Positions 21,673-28,053 of a stretch of 64,000 bases of DNA are shown here, piece after piece. The notes beneath the pieces were generated by a model. That model did no database searches and was not told the origin of the DNA. It saw only the letters and a program-made list of their open reading frames with translations. The translations under genes were made by a program, and so were the position numbers. This stretch comes from Chamaesiphon sp. (GTDB lineage Bacteria; Cyanobacteriota; Cyanobacteriia; Cyanobacteriales; Chamaesiphonaceae): assembly GCA_965246715.1 (NCBI GenBank), contig CBDFFH010000043.1, forward strand, positions 32,001 to 96,000, written 5' to 3'. Each line of letters opens with the position of its first letter. Within the stretch, counting starts at the first letter, position 1.

Positions 21673-21932
21673 CTAAAGACGATCGTCGGTGTGTGAGTTG
21701 TCGCAAAGTTGCGCCCAAAAGCGAGTTTTTACGGGTGGTAAAATGTCATCCAGCAAAAAATGTTGTTGTCGATTTAGGGGATAAGATCTTACAAGGACGC
21801 TCGGCTTATATTTGTCCGATCGATAGCTGTTTGCAATCGGCTCAAAAAAAGAACCGCCTAGGTAAGTCGCTCAAAGCTCAAGTTCGCGATGAGATCTATC
21901 AAAAATTAATCTCATTGGGCGCTCGCCAATAA
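21669..21932 (+). CDS. ylxR: YlxR family RNA-binding protein
   Basis: RRCVSCR...GRSAYIC...C. Confidence 0.9.
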   Translation: MTKDDRRCVSCRKVAPKSEFLRVVKCHPAKNVVVDLGDKILQGRSAYICPIDSCLQSAQKKNRLGKSLKAQVRDEIYQKLISLGARQ

Positions 21933-22093
21933 GGCTCTTCATTACCTACCACTATCAAAATTCCACTGTCAAAATTTGTGCTGATGCTAGTAGGGAAGAA
22001 TGGATTTTAGCGGAAATCTCGATTACAAACTATCTTTCTTGATTGCATCAACCCACCATCCAAATTCACGAGATCCACGATCGCAAACTTACC

Positions 22094-23107
22094 TCAGCAA
22101 TCTTTCAATCCATGCAAAGCTTTCTCGAGCGTATCTACTCCTGCACTAGGGAGAACGGATTGCTCGGTGAGTACTCGCTTCCAGTTCCGGCTTCCAGGCT
22201 GTCCGTGAAATAGCTGCAACATGTGGCGGGTAATACCATGCAGCTTCAAACCGCGACTCGTCCAAGTATCGACATAGGGCAGCATCGCTTTGACGATTTG
22301 ATGACGACTGAGAATGGGGGTGTTTTCGCCGTAGATTTCGCGATCGACTGTTGCCAATAGATAGGGATTATCATAAACAGCTCTCCCGATCATTACGGCA
22401 TCGACAGATTGAAGTTGCGCTCGAACTTGTTCTAAGTTAGTAAACCCGCCATTAATTTCGATCGACAGGTGGGGAAAGTCCCGTTTGAGCCGATGCACAT
22501 CCGCATACCGGAGGGGAGGTACCTCGCGATTTTCGCGCGGACTCAAGCCTTGCAACCAAGCCTTCCGTGCATGAACCGAGAACCGTCGACAATCTGTTTG
22601 CGAAACGATCGAGATAAATTTTACTAGGTCTTCATAACTATCGACTTCATCTACCCCAATCCGGTGCTTAACTGTCACGGGAATCCGCGTCGCAGCAGCC
22701 ATCGCCGCGATACATTCAGCGACGAGTTCGGGTTGGAGCATCAGACAGGCACCAAAGTTACCACTTTGGACGCGACTGCTAGGACAACCGACATTGAGGT
22801 TTAGCTCGTCATAACCAAAATCTTCCGCAATTTGGGCGCATTTAGCCAAATCCTGGGGATTGTCGCCGCCTACTTGTAATGCGAGCGGATGTTCGGCGCG
22901 ATCGAATCCCAGTAATTTCTCCTTATCACCATGCAAAATCGCCATACTCGTCACCATCTCGGTATACAGTAACGTCCGCTGACTGATTTGGCGGAGGAAA
23001 TATCGACAATGCCGATCGGTACGATCCATCATCGGGGCGACACTGAGCGGGTGTCGAGATTGGTTAGAGCGCGACGCGCTCGTTAATTCTGGAGTACCTG
23101 CTAGCAT
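22094..23107 (-). CDS. dusA: tRNA dihydrouridine(20/20a) synthase
   Basis: SVAPMMDRTDRH, NLNVGCPSSRVQ, HARKAWLQGLSPRENR. Confidence 0.95.
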   Translation of the reverse strand: MLAGTPELTSASRSNQSRHPLSVAPMMDRTDRHCRYFLRQISQRTLLYTEMVTSMAILHGDKEKLLGFDRAEHPLALQVGGDNPQDLAKCAQIAEDFGYDELNLNVGCPSSRVQSGNFGACLMLQPELVAECIAAMAAATRIPVTVKHRIGVDEVDSYEDLVKFISIVSQTDCRRFSVHARKAWLQGLSPRENREVPPLRYADVHRLKRDFPHLSIEINGGFTNLEQVRAQLQSVDAVMIGRAVYDNPYLLATVDREIYGENTPILSRHQIVKAMLPYVDTWTSRGLKLHGITRHMLQLFHGQPGSRNWKRVLTEQSVLPSAGVDTLEKALHGLKDC

Positions 23108-23507
23108 GAAAATTCCTGGCTAAATTTGGAGATCGATCGTCTGTGGTGAGTTGGTGCTGAGTGGTTGTAGTTGAGCGAGACTTACTTTCGTAAAGTTTTG
23201 AAGATATGCTAACTGCCAATTTAGCGATCGAACATCAGCCGATCGCAAGCGTTACCTTTTTTACGCGATCGGTTCTGTTACTGGCTCGGCGTTTTGGATA
23301 CTCGTTCTCCACAACTAACGCTTTCACAACCGATCCCCATCTGTCAAAGTAACGTAAAGTATTGTAAAGTAAATTAATAATAGATTTATATTTCCCGTGC
23401 GGGATGCTGGCTGAAAAATTCCAGGCAGATCGGTAATGGTGAATGCCGATTCTCGATGCTCGCCCGCTCGATTTCACCGACTATAGTAGCAAGTGCCTTA
23501 TTCAAAA

Positions 23508-24305
23508 ATGATATTACGCCGCCTTATCGGATCTGCGATTGCCATCGTCTTGAGCTTGTCGCTATGGTCGATCGCCCCAGCCGCTCAAGCCTATGATAAC
23601 CCAGAACTTTTACCCACAGTTCAAACTCCGGTCATCGACCTTGCAAAAACTTTCACCGAGATCCAAGAACAAAAGTTAGTCAAGGACATCGACACCTTTG
23701 AAGCCGATACCGGGTGGAAGTTACGCATCCTCACTCAATACGATCGGACCCCCGGACGTGCGGTAAGTAAATATTGGGGACTAGATGAGAAAAGCGTCTT
23801 GGTAGTATCCGATTCGCGCGGTGGTAATACGCTCAACTTCCGGGTCGGCGATGATGTGTACAAACTCATGCCCAGAACCTTCTGGATCGAGCTGCAAACT
23901 AGATTTGGAAATTTATACTATGTCCGCGAAAATGGTGAGGATAACGCCATTCTCGACTCATTAGAAGCGGTCAAAACTTGCTTGGTTAGAGGCGGTTGTA
24001 ATGTCGTCCCAGGATTGCCCAAGGAACAATGGATTTTGACGCTCGTTACCTCGGTTCTTGGTGGGGTTATTTGTGGATTTGCTGGACAATATCGGAAACC
24101 AGAAGGTGGTTTTGCTTGGCAATGGGCGTTGATTTTTTCGCCACTATGGGGAATCCTGTTTTTTGCTTTTGGCATTGCTCCTGTCATCACGCGTACTTCT
24201 GAATGGGTACCCTTACTTAGAAATGTTGCGGGGTTTGTCATCGGACTATTAGTTGCCTATCTTACGCCCGTTCTCGGTCAATCCAACCCATCTGAGGAAT
24301 TGTAG
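23508..24305 (+). CDS. TPM-domain thylakoid/membrane protein
   Basis: Signal peptide AQA; YDNPELLP..PVIDLA; GWKLRILTQ; three C-terminal TM helices. Confidence 0.8.
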   Translation: MILRRLIGSAIAIVLSLSLWSIAPAAQAYDNPELLPTVQTPVIDLAKTFTEIQEQKLVKDIDTFEADTGWKLRILTQYDRTPGRAVSKYWGLDEKSVLVVSDSRGGNTLNFRVGDDVYKLMPRTFWIELQTRFGNLYYVRENGEDNAILDSLEAVKTCLVRGGCNVVPGLPKEQWILTLVTSVLGGVICGFAGQYRKPEGGFAWQWALIFSPLWGILFFAFGIAPVITRTSEWVPLLRNVAGFVIGLLVAYLTPVLGQSNPSEEL

Positions 24306-24347
24306 ACTAGGTATTCATAACTTATCGATCGCATCAAAGTTCGGGGT

Positions 24348-24400
24348 ATCCCCCAGGTAAAACTTTTCCCCCAGGGCTGAAATAGTTTCACCTGGGGGAT
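24348..24400. promoter_or_regulatory. Candidate operator upstream of the tRNA/Y-RNA array
   Basis: TCCCCCAGG at 24349 and 24367, plus inverted ACCTGGGGGAT at 24390-24400. Confidence 0.35.
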
Positions 24401-24530
24401 TTTTGCGATCGAGTCCCAAATTAGCTTCGGGGAAGTCACCAAAGCTATTCTGTGTACATGGAAACAAACACAACCGAACCGGAGAGCCAACCATGCAGAC
24501 CTAACCATTAAATAAAACGCCAAACTTCAT

Positions 24531-24657
24531 GTAGCGACTAGCTTAATTGCAAAGTACCAATTTTATCCGTAAGGGACGTATGAATTAGGGTTATCGCTTT
24601 AACCGAATCCCCCCTGATTCGCCGGAGATGCGGGTGTAACCCCCGCGTCGCTACCCA
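24531..24657 (+). ncRNA. tRNA-His-like body carrying a Y-RNA-like module in place of the anticodon arm (RNA A)
   Basis: 8-bp acceptor GTAGCGAC/GTCGCTAC (G-1:C73) plus encoded CCA; D and T arms; insert TCCGTAAGGGACG-TAT-GAATTAGGGTTATC...CCCTGATTCGCC. Confidence 0.7.
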
Positions 24658-24670
24658 AAATCAACAACAT

Positions 24671-24791
24671 AGGTGGGTCGCCAAGTAGTAAGGCAGCTAA
24701 TTTATCCTTATTCGCCAACTTCACCCGCAAGGGACGACAGAACTAGGGTTATCGGGTTTAGTCATCGCAGGTGCGAATCCTGCCCCACCTA
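24671..24791 (+). ncRNA. tRNA-like Y RNA, permuted YrlA-like topology (RNA B)
   Basis: Acceptor AGGTGGG/CCCACCT; D arm GCC..GGC; T arm GCAGG-TGCGAAT-CCTGC; insert CCTTATTCGCC-AACTTCA-CCCGCAAGGG-ACGACA-GAACTAGGGTTATC. Confidence 0.75.
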
Positions 24792-24800
24792 AAAATACCT

Positions 24801-24873
24801 GGGATTGTAACTCAATGGTGAGAGCATCCGCCTTTTAAGCGGTTAGTTGTGGGTTCAAATCCCGCCAATCCCA
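24801..24873 (+). tRNA. tRNA-Lys(UUU)
   Basis: Cloverleaf GGGATTG/CAATCCC; loop CTTTTAA; GGTTCAAATCC; no encoded CCA. Confidence 0.85.
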
Positions 24874-24920
24874 TCCAATTCGCTTGAGAATTGGTTTATT
24901 TCCATCTAAAAACAACATCT

Positions 24921-24993
24921 GGGGTTGTAGCTCAGTGGTTAGAGCGTCCGTCTGTCTAACGGAAAGTCGCGGGTTCGATCCCCGTCAATCCCG
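24921..24993 (+). tRNA. tRNA-Asp(GUC), atypical U37
   Basis: GGGGTTG/CAATCCC; stem TCCGT/ACGGA; loop CTGTCTA; G73. Confidence 0.85.
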
Positions 24994-25021
24994 TCCGACT
25001 CTCGTGAGAGTTGGCACATCT

Positions 25022-25148
25022 GGAACTGTAGCTCAGTGGATAGAGCACCAAAAAAACTCCTTTTTCGCCTTTTGCCCTTCGGGGACGCTAGAACGAGGAT
25101 TATCGTCTCCAAAACGGGTGGTCGTGGGTTCGAGTCCCACCAGTTTCG
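25022..25148 (+). ncRNA. tRNA-like Y RNA with residual Trp-like loop (RNA E)
   Basis: Acceptor GGAACTG/CAGTTTC; canonical D and T arms; insert TCCTTTTTCGCC-TTTTG-CCCTTCGGGG-ACGCTA-GAACGAGGATTATC then CGT-CTCCAAA-ACG. Confidence 0.75.
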
Positions 25149-25180
25149 TGCGCTTTCAGCGCTATTTAAAAACCAAATAT

Positions 25181-25253
25181 TGCCTTGTGGTGTTAATTGG
25201 CAGCACGCACGATTGTTACTCGTAGAGTCTAGGTTCGATCCCTAGCAGGGCAG
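25181..25253 (+). tRNA. tRNA-Asn(GUU) on a Gln-like body
   Basis: TGCCTTG/CAGGGCA; loop TTGTTAC; near-copy of 25316-25387. Confidence 0.78.
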
Positions 25254-25315
25254 TTAGAGAAATTAGCACGTCTCTAAATATCGAAGTCAATATTCGATCG
25301 ACTTGTTGAAAACAT

Positions 25316-25387
25316 TGCCTTGTGGTGTAACTGGCAACACACACGATTTTGGATCGTGCATTCTAGGTTCGATCCCTAGCAAGGCAG
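25316..25387 (+). tRNA. tRNA-Gln(UUG)
   Basis: TGCCTTG/CAAGGCA; stem CACGA/TCGTG; loop TTTTGGA. Confidence 0.85.
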
Positions 25388-25420
25388 TTAGAGAACTTAA
25401 ATATCTCTAAATACCCACTT

Positions 25421-25492
25421 GCTCTCATCGTCTAACGGTCAGGACACTGTGCTTTCTACACAGTAATGGGGGTTCAATTCCCCTTGAGAGTA
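25421..25492 (+). tRNA. tRNA-Glu(UUC), atypical U37
   Basis: GCTCTCA/TGAGAGT; Glu-type D arm TCGTCTAACGGTCAGGAC; stem CTGTG/CACAG; loop CTTTCTA. Confidence 0.82.
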
Positions 25493-25520
25493 TTACTAAT
25501 TAGCTTGGTAATTAGTAAAT

Positions 25521-25787
25521 AACGTCAGTTCGGATTAAGGATCTCCCTTTTAGGCCATTCTTGGACTGGTGCTTAGTCTTAAGTTATTGGCGCTAAGGAA
25601 CCCGGCTCTGGGGGCGGCTTGTCTTGGCTCGCTGCTTGGTGCGCTTCCATGGACGGGAAACCCGTCCGGAGCGCATCCGCTTTTCGCGTCGGGAAACCCG
25701 ACGGGCGCGAGCCGCTCCCCCAGACCCCCCGTTTCTGAAACGAAGCCAGGAATCATCAATCGAAAATCCTTATCCCGACTTCACTTT
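25521..25787. mobile_element. MITE with AACGTSAGTTCGGGATAA-type TIRs, copy 3, inserted in the RNA array
   Basis: AACGTCAGTTCGGATTAAGGAT...ATCCTTATCCCGACTTCACTTT flanked by AAAT on both sides. Confidence 0.72.
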
Positions 25788-25793
25788 AAATAA

Positions 25794-25919
25794 CAGCAGA
25801 TCGTCTAGTTAGTAGGACGCTGGTAAGATCCCTATTCGCTTGTTTGCCTGTAAAGGACGTAGAACTTAGGGTTATCGTTATCCAAACCAAAAACGTGGGT
25901 GCAATTCCTACTCTGCTGA
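25794..25919 (+). ncRNA. tRNA-like Y RNA, permuted YrlA-like topology (RNA I)
   Basis: Acceptor CAGCAGA/TCTGCTG; D arm GTC..GAC; T arm GTGGG-TGCAATT-CCTAC; insert CCCTATTCGCTTGTTTGCCTGTAAAGGACGTAGAACTTAGGGTTATC. Confidence 0.72.
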
Positions 25920-25959
25920 ATAATACAAAATCTTCTTGCCTGAAAAGGACGCATCAATC

Positions 25960-27555
25960 ATGACTACCACAACTACAACTTATTATTCAATTAACTGGGA
26001 AGAATCCTTCGATCGCTATATCGATCGAGTTGGCAAAATATTTTATCAAACTGTTACTGAAGGTTCCCAATTATTTATCGCAGACACTCACAATCTGTTC
26101 GAGCTGTATCTAAATTCATTTCCACAAATCGATCGACAGTTTCATAACTGTAACGCTTGTAGACGATTTATCGAGACTTATGGATCGATCGTGACAATCT
26201 CAAAAAATGGCGATCGATCTTCGCCGATTTGGGAAACAGTTGTCGCCCCACATCGATATGTGAAAGCTGTTGAAAGCATGGTGAGTGCGATCGAACAGGC
26301 ACCGATTAAAGGGGTATTTCTGTCGGCGAAGGCAGATTTAGGTTTGCGGCAAACGGGCGAATGGAGTCATTACGCACTCCAGCTACCACCAACTAGTATT
26401 TGTAACCATCCCACCCAGTCCGCTGCCCAGGTGACAGCTGAGAAATTGGAAGACTTTCGGATGTTGCAGCGGTACTTGGCGACATATAGCGAAGCGACGA
26501 TTGCCCAAGCACTAACCTTACTCAACTCCGATGCTCTATATCGTAGCGAAGCTTGTTTGGGGCGCGCACAGTGGCACTATGCCCTCAAACAGCAGATCGC
26601 TAGAGCTAAATCCGATCGAGTCAAAGATAACTTCGTCTGGCTGGCGGTAGCGACGGCACCCCCTGGATTCTGTCATATCGGCGGATCGATGTTGGGGACA
26701 CTACTCGATGACATTCAATCTGGGATGGATTTTAAGTCTGTATCCCGCCGCTTTGCTGACAAGATGCGCCCCGATCGATATTTGCGACCGACTGCCGCAC
26801 CGACTCAAGGAAATATCGATCGAGCCGAACGGCTGATCGCGCAATTGGGGATTGGTTCGGCGCTCCGGCGACGGTACGCACGGATCGAAGAACTCGATCT
26901 GATGTGGTTGTCCAAATCAGCACCCCCCGCGACTCCAGTTGCCGGAATCTTCGGACACCTGCGAGCGCAGACCAAAAATTCGACAGTCAGTAATAGCGAC
27001 AGTCCGCCGATAACGATAACCTTTGAGAAATTTGCGCGCAAAGTATTGCCAGACGCAGTAGAAATTGAATATTACCTGACGAATACTCTCCAGAGTTTTG
27101 CAGGTATCCTCACCGCTGCTGTCGCTGACGCGCCGCATATTTTCCAATGGGATAACCCCTTCTCTTGGTATGTCTGGATTGGTGGTTCGCTGCCCAAAGC
27201 TTGGAAATTGCCCAATCAGGGTTGGCATCAGGTAACGGGGATTACCTCTCAACCTTCGATGTGGGGTAAGCCACTATCGCATAAAGAACAAGGCGCGATT
27301 TTTATCCTCGCAGGTGCCAGAGAAACCAACGAAAATCGCGGTCTGGCACTATTTCCCGAATTTCTCAATGCCAATCTCCACGAGATTCGATCGACGATCG
27401 AAGCCCATTCCAAGAGCGGTAAATCCGAATATCCCGAAGCTGGAACCGCAAATGGCATCATGCTTGGCAGTGGTAACACTTTCGGCACGAATTACAAGTT
27501 TCGCGTTCGCACTGCCATCGGTACTACGATCTATCAGATCGATCGGTGGGACTAG
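25960..27555 (+). CDS. Hypothetical protein with HNCxxC motif, in the Ro60 locus
   Basis: 531-aa ORF with AAGGA RBS; RQFHNCNACRRFI, WSH and PGFCH motifs; no family assigned. Confidence 0.8.
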   Translation: MTTTTTTYYSINWEESFDRYIDRVGKIFYQTVTEGSQLFIADTHNLFELYLNSFPQIDRQFHNCNACRRFIETYGSIVTISKNGDRSSPIWETVVAPHRYVKAVESMVSAIEQAPIKGVFLSAKADLGLRQTGEWSHYALQLPPTSICNHPTQSAAQVTAEKLEDFRMLQRYLATYSEATIAQALTLLNSDALYRSEACLGRAQWHYALKQQIARAKSDRVKDNFVWLAVATAPPGFCHIGGSMLGTLLDDIQSGMDFKSVSRRFADKMRPDRYLRPTAAPTQGNIDRAERLIAQLGIGSALRRRYARIEELDLMWLSKSAPPATPVAGIFGHLRAQTKNSTVSNSDSPPITITFEKFARKVLPDAVEIEYYLTNTLQSFAGILTAAVADAPHIFQWDNPFSWYVWIGGSLPKAWKLPNQGWHQVTGITSQPSMWGKPLSHKEQGAIFILAGARETNENRGLALFPEFLNANLHEIRSTIEAHSKSGKSEYPEAGTANGIMLGSGNTFGTNYKFRVRTAIGTTIYQIDRWD

Positions 27556-27996
27556 TGCTTCCAGTTGGGCTGCTGGTGGGTGGAACCCGGATCTGGGGGG
27601 TCTCCCCCCAGACCCCCCGTTGGTGGACGACGCGTCCCCCAAACCCCCTCCGAAGGGTCGATCTGGGTGTAGCGCAGCGCGCTACGCATTAGCAAATCCA
27701 GTCGTCGATCTATGTGTAGCGGATGACTAGGAGGGGGAAGTTTGAATGTTTGTTGACCCTCATTCTTATTGGTGTACAGCGGCTTTTAAGGGGAATCCAG
27801 GAAATTTTTGGGGTTTATTACTTGCGATCGCGATTCTCGTCTTCAGAAGCTTTACTACCGCTATATCTACACTTGAGATCTTCAAATCGCTCTATTACCC
27901 ACAGATCGATGACTGGATTTGCTAATGCGCAGCGCGCTGCGCCACACCCAGACCCGGGTTCCACCCACCCACAGCCCAACTGAAAGCACTAGTCCA
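27549..27996. repeat. Pair of inverted copies of the GC-rich dispersed element (27549-27720 and 27893-27996)
   Basis: GGACTAGTGCTTCCAGTTGGGCTG..GGTGGGTGGAACCCGG versus CCGGGTTCCACCCACC..CAGCCCAACTGAAAGCACTAGTCC; GCATTAGCAAATCCAGTC versus GACTGGATTTGCTAATGC. Confidence 0.8.
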
Positions 27997-28053
27997 GATT
28001 TCACCCACCAGCAACTAAAAACAAGCACTAGTCCAAATCCAAGGAAACAAACA

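Noticed and set aside
24594..24606. Ochre-suppressor anticodon (CTTTAAC loop, UUA) in RNA A
   Set aside because: The loop caps the Y module far from the normal anticodon position and is not conserved in RNAs B, E or I
24884..25812. Short ORFs across the RNA array
   Set aside because: They overlap tRNA genes and a MITE
24531..25919. tRNAs with group I or BHB introns
   Set aside because: Inserts are only about 50 nt and lack a group I core. I could not see a consistent excision that restores a normal anticodon arm. The shared motif and adjacent Ro60 fit Y RNA better.
24531..25960. CRISPR array (recurrent GGGACG..GAAC..GGGTTATC motif)
   Set aside because: Repeats are degenerate, irregularly spaced and embedded in cloverleaves; no cas genes in the window
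27919..28053. N-terminal extension of the TROVE ORF
   Set aside because: Encoded by repeat DNA; ATG 28054 has an AAGGA RBS
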